64,000 nucleotides of DNA, taken from assembly GCA_963674595.2 (NCBI GenBank), contig CAXXFV010000020.1, positions 34,674 to 98,673 of the forward strand, in the 5' to 3' direction. Below the pieces are notes generated by a model. That model was not told where the DNA came from, made no database searches, and saw only the letters and a program-made list of their open reading frames with translations. Position 1 is the first letter of the stretch. Each line of letters starts with the position of its first letter. Positions 10,786 through 19,656 of the stretch are shown here, piece after piece. The translations under genes and the position numbers were made by a program. Source of the DNA: a bacterium (GTDB lineage: Bacteria; Zhuqueibacterota; Zhuqueibacteria; Residuimicrobiales; Krinioviventaceae).

Positions 10786-10877
10786 TGTTGAGTCCCGGAT
10801 AAGGGTATTTTAAATGCCCTTATCTTAGACATAATTAAATAATCAAGTCATTCCGGATATAACATAAGGTAATAAAG

Positions 10878-12836
10878 ATGAAATTTGGGCTCCCGACTGT
10901 TGATTATCTCGTTATTCTATTTTATTTGGCATTAATGCTGGGTATTGGTTTCTTTTTTTCAAAATTAATGAAAGGTGGAAAAGATTTTTTTGTAGGGGGT
11001 AATATGATTCCGTGGTGGGCAGCCGGCTTGTCGTTGTTTATGACAACTTTTTCGGCCTGGATGTTTACCGGGGCTGCCAGTTTTGCCTATAACACAGGCT
11101 GGTTTGGAATATTGTATTTTATTACCACTCCTATTTCTTTTTTAGGCGGATTTTTATTATCGGCAAAAAGATGGAGGCGTTCGCGTATTACTTCTCCTGT
11201 AGAATATGTACAAACCCGGTTTAACAAAGTCACTCACCTGTTTCTCAGTATTATGTTGATTCTAAGTTTGATGTACTGGCCGGCCCATCATTTGGCGTCA
11301 TTAAGTAAAATATGTGCACCTACATTGTTTCCAAATTCCATGTTGGCCATTGACATCATGATCATCTTTTTTGCGATCGTTATTTTAATTTATACATTTT
11401 CAGGTGGATTTTGGGCTGTTTGTATAACGGATGTTGTTCAGGCTATAATTTTAATGAGTGTCATTTTCGTATTAATACCGACAATATTTTTGTCCGGCGA
11501 ATTGGGATCAATTACCGACTTTATTAAACGAATTCCTCCTTTGGAGTTAAAACACGTTATTCGTGATAAAACAACATATACATATTGGTATATTATCGGA
11601 GTAGCTACATCTCATATTTTTGGTAATGCCGTAGCAGATAAAGCACAACGGTTTTACAGTGTTAAGGACGAAAAAGCAGCGATGAAAGTTGGCTGGCTGG
11701 CTTTTGCGTTATTTTTAACCGCCCCGATTATGTTTGGAATTCCACCACTTGTTGGAAAAGTATTGTGGCCGGATATCAGTCAACTCGCCCATTTTTCAAA
11801 TATCACCAAACCAGATGAAAATGTTTATATTGCCGTTGTTTTAAGATATATGCCGGCCGGTATTGTCGGAATGTTCTTATCCGCCATGATGGCAGCTTCC
11901 ATGTCTGCCTTGGATAGCGTTTGGAACACCGTATCGTCCATCATTTCTATCGATATTTATAAAAACCTTTTTAAACCCAAGGCCACTGAAAAAGAAGTTT
12001 TAATGGTCGGGCGTCTTGCTATCATTGTTTTATTCTTTTTTGCTGTGTCAATGGCCTTTGTTATTATTCATAGTGAATATGGAGTTTTTACTTTTAGTAC
12101 GATCTTTTTTAGTTTGACCGGAGTACCAATATCCATTCCGCTTGTATTGGGGATTATAATTAAAGATATTGGCCGATGGTCCGGTGTTGCTTCGATATTG
12201 GCGGGAACATTGATAGCTTCGGTTGCCCGTTTTGTATTAAAATTTACTTTGGGCCCTCAGATGTTGCTGACTGTGGCTGTTACATTATTTTTTATACTTA
12301 TTTCCAATCATCTCGGAAGGCTCTATATAAAAAACAAAACAGCAAACAGAGTTTTATGTGTTGCTATCGGCATTTTGTTTTGGTTTATTTTTGTTACAGG
12401 AAATGCTGATCCCAATATTTCATTAACAACTTTTTTTACATCTGACGGTTCATTACTGTTCCTGAGCGCCAAATTCTGGATGACTATGGCGGCATTGGCC
12501 TATATCGTTATGTTATTGTTTTTCTCTCGTTTATATGCAAAAGACCTGCTGCTTCCGCAAACAGAAATTGACCAGTTTTTTGAAAAACTAAACACGCCGA
12601 TTGACGTCGATTCTGAAGTATTGAAGGATAATGAAGAAAAGAGCGTCTTTCCGCTAGTCGGTGGTATTTGTATTGCGTTTTCCATGTTGTCTTTGATTGT
12701 CCTTGTTTCTCCGGCTGCACGTGAAAAAATTGGAGTAAATTTGGTTTTGAGTGGAATTTTATTTTTAATAGGCATGATGATGTTTCTGTCGGATCCGAAA
12801 ATTTTGCAACAGATAAAAAATTTGAAAAAGGCCTGA
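10878..12836 (+). CDS. Sodium:solute symporter (SSS) family transporter
   Basis: DFFVGG..IPWW, SAWMF.GAA, GGFWAV.ITDVVQ, AQRF, AAMMAASMSALDS-like segments; many TM helices. Confidence 0.92.
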   Translation: MKFGLPTVDYLVILFYLALMLGIGFFFSKLMKGGKDFFVGGNMIPWWAAGLSLFMTTFSAWMFTGAASFAYNTGWFGILYFITTPISFLGGFLLSAKRWRRSRITSPVEYVQTRFNKVTHLFLSIMLILSLMYWPAHHLASLSKICAPTLFPNSMLAIDIMIIFFAIVILIYTFSGGFWAVCITDVVQAIILMSVIFVLIPTIFLSGELGSITDFIKRIPPLELKHVIRDKTTYTYWYIIGVATSHIFGNAVADKAQRFYSVKDEKAAMKVGWLAFALFLTAPIMFGIPPLVGKVLWPDISQLAHFSNITKPDENVYIAVVLRYMPAGIVGMFLSAMMAASMSALDSVWNTVSSIISIDIYKNLFKPKATEKEVLMVGRLAIIVLFFFAVSMAFVIIHSEYGVFTFSTIFFSLTGVPISIPLVLGIIIKDIGRWSGVASILAGTLIASVARFVLKFTLGPQMLLTVAVTLFFILISNHLGRLYIKNKTANRVLCVAIGILFWFIFVTGNADPNISLTTFFTSDGSLLFLSAKFWMTMAALAYIVMLLFFSRLYAKDLLLPQTEIDQFFEKLNTPIDVDSEVLKDNEEKSVFPLVGGICIAFSMLSLIVLVSPAAREKIGVNLVLSGILFLIGMMMFLSDPKILQQIKNLKKA

Positions 12837-12920
12837 AAATTTTTTTGTTGAATTAGCGTCAAATTACGTTTTTATACAAATGTATGGATTATTTCAGTTT
12901 TAACGAAAATGGAGTTGAAG

Positions 12921-14270
12921 ATGAAATATTCTCGACGTAATTTTTTAAAAACAATGAGTTTTTGTGTCCCGGTATTAGTCCCTTCCTCTGTTCTGGGAAG
13001 GACCTGTATATCTCCTAATAACAGAATTAACCTGGGACACATTGGTGTTGGTGGTCGCGGAACAAGTTTGCTGAAAAGTTTTTTAATGTTGAAAAATACA
13101 CAATCAGTAGCTGTTTGTGATGCTTTTAAAGACAGATGTATTGACCGTGCATCTATTATTGATCAGCATTATAGTGAAGAATTTAATGATCCGTTGTACA
13201 AATGTTGTCGCGTATTCAGCGATTTTCGCGACCTGTTGGCGCAAAAAGACATAGATGCTGTTGTCATCGCCACGCCGGACCATTGGCATGTGCCCATTGC
13301 CATCGCTGCCGTCAAAGCCGGTAAAGATGTTTATGTGGAAAAACCACTTGGTGTCAGTATTTCTGATAATCAAAAACTGAGAAAAATCGTTCACAAATAT
13401 GGTGCAATTTTTCAGTATGGAACACAACAACGTTCTTTTTATGATTTTCGTTTTGTTTGTGAACTGGTTAGAAACGGCTATATCGGTGATTTACATACGA
13501 TTTATACCTGGTGTGCGGCGATGGACAGCCAGGCATCCGTTTTTAATGCACCCGGCGGTTCTATGGTCCCGGTTTCTGTTCCGACTGGTTTTGATTATGA
13601 TATGTGGCTTGGCCCTGCCCCAAAAACACCCTATACAATCGACAGGTGTACAAATTTTGGTACTTATCATCATTATGATAACAGTCTCGGTTTTATCGCC
13701 GGGTGGGGAGCGCATCCTTTAGATATTGCGCAATGGGGGAATAATACGGACAACACCGCTCCTGTTTATTATGAAGGGAAAGGCACAATCGCAGAACAGG
13801 GTTTGTTCAGAACAGTGGATACCTGGGATTTTTGGTGCACCTATGCAAACGGTGTTCGAATGCGATTTATAAATGAAAAGCAGGCCCTTCCTGTTGTGCA
13901 AAAAGAGTTCAAACAAGCCCGTGACCATGGAACAATGTTTGTCGGGTCTGAAGGATGGGTTGCAGTGGACAGGTCTCATGCTTATGCTTCTCCCGCTTTT
14001 TTGCTGAATATTAAATTAAAAAAAGACGATATTAAGCTTTCTTCAAGTTTAAATCATTATCAAAATTTTATAGATTGTGTTAAAAGTCGCCGCCAGCCGG
14101 TTAGTCCCATTCATTCGGCTGTTCAATCGGATATTATATCTCATCTTTGTGATATCAGCGTTCGTGTTTGCAGACCCATTCAATGGGACCCTTTAAATGA
14201 AAAAATTTTAAATGACCCGGAGGCTGACAGATTTATGTCAAGACCTTACCGCAACCCCTGGCATCGGTAG
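12921..14270 (+). CDS. Tat-exported Gfo/Idh/MocA family oxidoreductase
   Basis: SRRNFLK signal; IGVGGRG, ATPDHWH, VYVEKP, GTQQRS, WLGPAP. Confidence 0.9.
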   Translation: MKYSRRNFLKTMSFCVPVLVPSSVLGRTCISPNNRINLGHIGVGGRGTSLLKSFLMLKNTQSVAVCDAFKDRCIDRASIIDQHYSEEFNDPLYKCCRVFSDFRDLLAQKDIDAVVIATPDHWHVPIAIAAVKAGKDVYVEKPLGVSISDNQKLRKIVHKYGAIFQYGTQQRSFYDFRFVCELVRNGYIGDLHTIYTWCAAMDSQASVFNAPGGSMVPVSVPTGFDYDMWLGPAPKTPYTIDRCTNFGTYHHYDNSLGFIAGWGAHPLDIAQWGNNTDNTAPVYYEGKGTIAEQGLFRTVDTWDFWCTYANGVRMRFINEKQALPVVQKEFKQARDHGTMFVGSEGWVAVDRSHAYASPAFLLNIKLKKDDIKLSSSLNHYQNFIDCVKSRRQPVSPIHSAVQSDIISHLCDISVRVCRPIQWDPLNEKILNDPEADRFMSRPYRNPWHR

Positions 14271-14353
14271 TGAAGGTTTGACAAAAACTGAGGATAATAT
14301 CGAATTATTATAGATTTCTGTAAAAAAGATTGAGAAAAAAGTTAAGAAAAGAT

Positions 14354-14382
14354 TTGTTTTTCAATATTTTAATGTTTACATT
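14354..14382 (+). promoter_or_regulatory. Candidate sigma70 promoter upstream of first csp gene
   Basis: TTGTTT-17 nt-TACATT; AT-rich context makes chance matches possible. Confidence 0.3.
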
Positions 14383-14607
14383 TGTTTATTAAATAACAGT
14401 ACACCGTTGTTTTGCTTAAATATACCGAGTATGTTGGAATTGTTCGCTTGAATTTAATTATCTTTACAGCAAACTATTGAAAATCGTAATCAAAGTGTTA
14501 TTATAAATAACTATGGTTACGATTTTTTTTATGGGCAAACCCTAGAGGGTGTACAAAACTGATCTGTATTAAGCAGATGTAATTTATATCCAGAAAGGAT
14601 ATTTTTC

Positions 14608-14805
14608 ATGGCACGAGGAACAGTAAAGTGGTTTAACAAAACAAAAGGCTTTGGTTTTATCGAAAGACCCGATGGAGATGATGTATTTGTTCATTTCAAA
14701 GCCATTGTTGATGAACCAAAAGAGCTAAATGAAGGCGATGGTGTAGAATTTGAAGTAAAAGAAACACCCAAAGGTTTGCAAGCTGTTAACGTAAGTAAAT
14801 TCTAA
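14608..14805 (+). CDS. Cold-shock protein (CspA family)
   Basis: [13 protein letters not shown] (RNP1), VFVHF (RNP2); SD AAAGGA. Confidence 0.95.
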   Translation: MARGTVKWFNKTKGFGFIERPDGDDVFVHFKAIVDEPKELNEGDGVEFEVKETPKGLQAVNVSKF

Positions 14806-14822
14806 TAATTCCACTTGAATTT

Positions 14823-14860
14823 AAATCCCGATTTAACTTTTTATTAAATCGGGATTTTTA
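14823..14860. terminator. Intrinsic terminator, probably bidirectional
   Basis: AAATCCCGATTTAA / TTAAATCGGGATTT stem followed by T-run, between convergent genes. Confidence 0.85.
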
Positions 14861-14863
14861 AAT

Positions 14864-15520
14864 TTACAACCAGTTAAAAAGCGGCCAACCACGCTCTTTA
14901 GCTGTTTGTTCCAGAAGTTTATCAGGTGTTATTATAACCGGGTTGCCGACAGCTTCCAGCATTGGCAAGTCGGAAACGGAATCTGTGTAAAAATAGGCGT
15001 TCTTTAAAGAGTATTTGTGTTCCGAGCAGTATTGTTTGGACCGGATGAGTTTTTCCGTACCGTAACAAAAACGATTTTTAGGCAAACCCGTATATTTTTG
15101 ATTTTCAGTTTTTAGTTCGGTGCATATTAGATCATCAATTCCCAAAAACTGAAGAAAAGGGCGGCATAAAAAACTCATGGATGCGGACAAAATAACAATT
15201 TGCGCGTTTTGTTTTTTGTGAAAGTCTATTTCTTTAACAGCATCCTTTCGAATGGTATGTTTAATTACATCCTGAAACAGTTGTACGGCAAAGTCAATTA
15301 CCCGTTGTTCGGGTTGGTCTTTTAACCACTTGACCAAACGACTGATAATTTTTTCCCCTTCCATTAACCCGGATTTATAAGCAATTGCCAGTAATAAGCC
15401 TTCAAAGGCTTTATGCTTTTGCAATAATCCGTGCTTCAGGGCGTGCAAACCCATCAGTTTTCCGCTGCTGTCATTTATAATTGTATTGTCTAGATCAAAA
15501 AATGCAATATAATCTTTCAA
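14864..15520 (-). CDS. HAD-IB family hydrolase (SerB-like)
   Basis: FFDLDNT motif I, ILSAS motif II, K motif III, YTDSVSDLPML motif IV; TTG start with AAGGA SD. Confidence 0.85.
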   Translation of the reverse strand: MKDYIAFFDLDNTIINDSSGKLMGLHALKHGLLQKHKAFEGLLLAIAYKSGLMEGEKIISRLVKWLKDQPEQRVIDFAVQLFQDVIKHTIRKDAVKEIDFHKKQNAQIVILSASMSFLCRPFLQFLGIDDLICTELKTENQKYTGLPKNRFCYGTEKLIRSKQYCSEHKYSLKNAYFYTDSVSDLPMLEAVGNPVIITPDKLLEQTAKERGWPLFNWL

Positions 15521-15642
15521 AGATATATCCTTATCGTTGATAATTATGTTGGCTGAACAAATTTTTTAAATAACTGGCAAGTTAAAGAAATAACCACAAA
15601 ATTGCAAGCAAATGTGTTCTGTCAGAGAAGAAAAGTTTGTTG

Positions 15643-16839
15643 CTATGCCAGCAATTTAGAAATTTTTTCAAATGCCCAATCAAGTTCCTCTTTAGTAATT
15701 ATTAACGGCGGCGCAAAACGAATAATTGTTTCATGTGTCTCTTTACAAAGCAAACCTTCTTGTTTTAACGCTTCACAATATTTTCGCGCACCACCGGCAT
15801 CGGGCTGCAGCTCAACACCGATTAATAGTCCTTTTCCTCGAACTGTTTTAATTAACGGACTTTTTATAGATAACAATTTTTCTTTAAAATATCGTCCCAA
15901 TTCGTAGGATTTTTGCGATAAATTTTCATCCATTAAAATATGGAGTGCTTCTCGTGCTATGGCGCTTGCCAATGGATTTCCTCCGAATGTGCTGCCGTGG
16001 TCTCCTGGTTTAAAAACATCCAGTAATTCCGATTTTGCCAGTACGGCAGAAATCGGGTAAAATCCACCGCTTAACGCTTTTCCTATAATCACTGCATCCG
16101 GTTGAACATCTTCATAATAGTATGCAAAAAGTTTGCCACATCTTCCCAATCCGGTTTGTATTTCGTCCACCATAAAAAGTGCATTATATTTACAGCAGAG
16201 ATTATATATTTCCGTTAAAAAACCGTCCTGTGGAATGATGATCCCGCCTTCTCCCTGAATGGGTTCTGCAAGAACAGCAATTGTATTTTTATTAAATGCT
16301 TTTTGCAGCGCATTTATATCATCATAGGGAATAATTTTAAATCCCGGGGTTAAAGGGCCGAAACCATTTTTATATTGGTCTTCGGATGAAAAACTGATAA
16401 TCGTAATTGTACGTCCGTGAAAATTGTTGTTAAAAACGATTATTTCTGCCTCGTCCGGTTTCACACCTTTTACAGTATATCCCCATTTTCGTGCTGCTTT
16501 TATAGCTGTTTCTACAGCTTCTGCGCCGCTGTTCATCGGAAGGACCCGTTCAAATCCGGTTAATTCTGCCAGTTCTTTGCATAAAAGGGGCAACTGGTCG
16601 TTACGAAAGGCCCTGGATGTCAGGGTGAGTTTTTCTGCCTGTTCTTTAATTGTGGCAACAAGGCGCGGGTGGCAGTGACCCTGATTTACGGCGGAATAGG
16701 CGCTGAGGAAATCAAGATAACGGTTTCCTTCAATGTCATATACCCAAACACCTTTTCCGCGATTAATAACAACATCAAGAGGATGGTAATTGTGTGCACC
16801 AAATTGATCTTCAATCTGAATGAGTTCGTGTGTTGTCAT
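15643..16839 (-). CDS. rocD: Ornithine--oxo-acid aminotransferase
   Basis: GAHNYHPL, YSAVNQGH, EPIQGEGG, DEIQTGLGR, GKALSGG, HGSTFGGNPL; start MTTHE behind a GGAGG SD. Confidence 0.93.
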   Translation of the reverse strand: MTTHELIQIEDQFGAHNYHPLDVVINRGKGVWVYDIEGNRYLDFLSAYSAVNQGHCHPRLVATIKEQAEKLTLTSRAFRNDQLPLLCKELAELTGFERVLPMNSGAEAVETAIKAARKWGYTVKGVKPDEAEIIVFNNNFHGRTITIISFSSEDQYKNGFGPLTPGFKIIPYDDINALQKAFNKNTIAVLAEPIQGEGGIIIPQDGFLTEIYNLCCKYNALFMVDEIQTGLGRCGKLFAYYYEDVQPDAVIIGKALSGGFYPISAVLAKSELLDVFKPGDHGSTFGGNPLASAIAREALHILMDENLSQKSYELGRYFKEKLLSIKSPLIKTVRGKGLLIGVELQPDAGGARKYCEALKQEGLLCKETHETIIRFAPPLIITKEELDWAFEKISKLLA

Positions 16840-17014
16840 AAAACCTCCGGTTGGAATGTTATATATTTTACGCCAAAATCTAATACTTTTAAGATGAAAA
16901 AGCAAGCGAATCACATACTCTTTTACCTTACTCTATTATTATTCTTTTTACTTGATTAAAGTTTGTTTTTGATGTATTTTTTACACTTGAACTTTTTAAT
17001 AAATTAAGTTAAAT

Positions 17015-18640
17015 ATGGTAATTTTTGTTGACATTTTACTCATTGTTGTAAAAAGTGTGTTTATTTTATGGGTCATTAGGAATAAAATAAACAACAAATG
17101 GAATTTTTTGTCTCTCCTTATCAGTCTGCTTCTGTTTCTTTTTCAGTGTTATTCCTTTTATGGTTTTACTATTGATGATGCATTTATTTCTCTAAGATAT
17201 GCCCAAAACCTGGTTAATGGCTATGGTTTGGTTTTCAGTACGGACGGCAGTGTGCCTGTGGAGGGATATACAAATTTTTTATGGGTAATGCTCGAATCTG
17301 TCTTTTTTCTGTTTAACCTGAGCAAAGACCAAGTTTTGCATGTTGTAAAAATTTCCGGTGTTTTATTTGGATGTGCAAGTGTTATCACCATGTTTTTTCT
17401 GGGTCGTATGCTGACCGGAAAAAAAGAAACAGGATATATTGCCGCTTTGTTTTTTGCTTCTGTGCCGTTTTTCGCTTTTTGGACGGTAGGCGGGCTTGAA
17501 ACACCTGCATTTTTGTTTTTTCTTTTATTGTCATTTTATCTTTTTATTCGGGAAAGGAAAAGGCAAAAACCCCATTATTTATCTCCATTTGCATTTTTGG
17601 CGCTGTCGATGACCCGGCCAGAAGGACTCTTTTTCATACTGTTTGTTTTTGGCTATGTTTTTATTGAAATGGCATATTTTACTGTTTACAGAAAAAAATC
17701 TATTAAAAAGGTTTTTATCAACATATTACCGGCTTTGTTGATATTTTTCATTGTGTATGGAATTTATTTTGTCTGGCGTTATAACTTTTATGGTTATTTA
17801 CTGCCAAATACTTTTTACGCCAAAGTAGAGTCGATAAGTTTGAATGTTTTTTTGTCTCGTTTATCTGAACTCAAAATTTTTCTATTATATCTTGTTCCGT
17901 TTTTTATTTTTATAATTTTTTATTTCCGAAAATTCAACACATCGGATAATTTTTTTATTTTTTCAGGTATTATTGTGTTATTTCTGTTTTGTTTTTCAGC
18001 TTCACGTGAATGGATGCCCGGATTCCGATACGAATTGCCTTTTGTCGCTGTTTTGATGGTTTTGTTCTCCGTGTTTACAAGTTTGTTTTTTCATAAAGTT
18101 CGACTTTTTTATTTTGTAATATTCCTTCTACTTGGAATTTACCTTGTTTCACCGGGTTTATATCTGGCCGGAAAAGTTTCATACACAAATAACTTGAATC
18201 GGTCTCATGTGCAACTTGGTAAATGGCTGAAAAAATTTGCTCCTCCTGACGCGTCCTATGCCAGTTGGGATTTGGGAGCAGTGCCTTATTATTCGGATAT
18301 ACCCCGTATTTTTGACATTGGTCACCCCAAGAGTATCCTGAGTGCATATACGACCCATCATCCCTATAGTATCGATTATTTTCTCGATCATAAGCCGTCG
18401 TTTATTGTTTTACACCCGGACCGTGGTGAGTATGAAGGATTTGCGGGATTTCATAAAAATGAAAAATTTTTAAAAAACTATAAATATATTTTTACACTCG
18501 CATTTAGCAAGAATTATCATTTAGCTGTCTATCAGCATAATGATGTGATTTTAACCTCCAAAGCATACCAAAATGCTCAGGAAATTAGTAATATGAGTTT
18601 TGATGGAGCTTATTCAACAAGCTTTCAATCCGATTTATAA
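17015..18640 (+). CDS. Polytopic membrane protein, GT-C-type glycosyltransferase-like
   Basis: IDDAFISLRYAQNL..VEGYTNFLW, GLET, TRPEG, LPNTFYAK motifs; many TM segments. Confidence 0.65.
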   Translation: MVIFVDILLIVVKSVFILWVIRNKINNKWNFLSLLISLLLFLFQCYSFYGFTIDDAFISLRYAQNLVNGYGLVFSTDGSVPVEGYTNFLWVMLESVFFLFNLSKDQVLHVVKISGVLFGCASVITMFFLGRMLTGKKETGYIAALFFASVPFFAFWTVGGLETPAFLFFLLLSFYLFIRERKRQKPHYLSPFAFLALSMTRPEGLFFILFVFGYVFIEMAYFTVYRKKSIKKVFINILPALLIFFIVYGIYFVWRYNFYGYLLPNTFYAKVESISLNVFLSRLSELKIFLLYLVPFFIFIIFYFRKFNTSDNFFIFSGIIVLFLFCFSASREWMPGFRYELPFVAVLMVLFSVFTSLFFHKVRLFYFVIFLLLGIYLVSPGLYLAGKVSYTNNLNRSHVQLGKWLKKFAPPDASYASWDLGAVPYYSDIPRIFDIGHPKSILSAYTTHHPYSIDYFLDHKPSFIVLHPDRGEYEGFAGFHKNEKFLKNYKYIFTLAFSKNYHLAVYQHNDVILTSKAYQNAQEISNMSFDGAYSTSFQSDL

Positions 18641-18678
18641 AGATTTAATATAAAAATATATTCTCGAAAGGAGTTATT

Positions 18679-19644
18679 GTGCGCATTTTATCAGGTATTC
18701 AGCCTTCCGGTTCTTTACATTTGGGAAATTATTTTGCAATGATGAAAAGAATGATAGAATATCAGGAAAATCACGAATTGTTTTGTTTTGTAGTGAACTA
18801 TCATGCTTTAACATCCGTATTTGATGCTGATCTTTTACGAAATCAAACCTTTGAAGCTATTTGTGACTTTTTGGCCCTGGGTATTGATCCCAATAAATCC
18901 ATATTTTATGTTCAGTCGGATGTTCCTCAGGTAACCGAGCTGACATGGTTATTATCGAATGTAACGCCAATGGGACTACTGGAAAGAGGACATTCCTATA
19001 AAGATAAAAAAGCCAGAGGTATTCCTGCCAATCACGGACTGTTTGCTTATCCTGTGCTTATGGCAGCCGATATTTTATTATATGGCGCACATCGGATTCC
19101 TGTGGGAAAAGACCAAAAACAGCACGTTGAAATGACCAGAGACATTGCTATAAAATTCAATCAAACTTATGGCGAAACATTTGTTATTCCGGAACCGGAA
19201 ATTCCAAAAGACGTTGCTACCATTCCTGGTCTTGACGGTCAAAAAATGTCCAAGTCCTATGGCAATACGATTGATATTTTTTCGCCGAAAAATGTGTTGA
19301 AAAAAAGAGTCATGTCCATTGTAACAGATGCCACACCTGTGGAAGAACCTAAAAATCCGGATAAATGTAATTTATTTGCCATTTATTCATTGTTTTTAAA
19401 TGCAGAAGAGAAAAAAGAACTGCGTAAACGATATCTTGCTCCCGGTTTAAAATATGGTGAAGTTAAAAAAGAACTTTTGGAGCGTATCTGGACTTATTTT
19501 GAACCCTATCGCGAGGCCCGTGAACGTTATATACAGGATAGAGACCTTGTTCACGATATTATGAGAGAAGGCGCAAAAAAAGCAAGCGCTGTTGCTTCAG
19601 AGTATTTGGAAAAAGCTCGTGCCAATGTTGGTGTAAATTATTAA
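18679..19644 (+). CDS. trpS: Tryptophan--tRNA ligase
   Basis: SGIQPSG.LHLGNY, YPVLMAADIL, VGKDQKQH, KMSKS. Confidence 0.97.
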   Translation: MRILSGIQPSGSLHLGNYFAMMKRMIEYQENHELFCFVVNYHALTSVFDADLLRNQTFEAICDFLALGIDPNKSIFYVQSDVPQVTELTWLLSNVTPMGLLERGHSYKDKKARGIPANHGLFAYPVLMAADILLYGAHRIPVGKDQKQHVEMTRDIAIKFNQTYGETFVIPEPEIPKDVATIPGLDGQKMSKSYGNTIDIFSPKNVLKKRVMSIVTDATPVEEPKNPDKCNLFAIYSLFLNAEEKKELRKRYLAPGLKYGEVKKELLERIWTYFEPYREARERYIQDRDLVHDIMREGAKKASAVASEYLEKARANVGVNY

Positions 19645-19656
19645 ACGGATTGTGAT

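Noticed and set aside
14533-14585. GGGCAAACCC...ACAAAAC resembling a c-di-GMP-I riboswitch start
   Set aside because: Lacks the GNRA-capped stem, GACGCAAAG segment and second stem of the motif; an Infernal search would be needed to revive it.
15643-16839. Functional link between rocD (arginine catabolism) and the CphA-N protein
   Set aside because: About 10 kb apart with unrelated genes between, and no cphA/cphB in the window.
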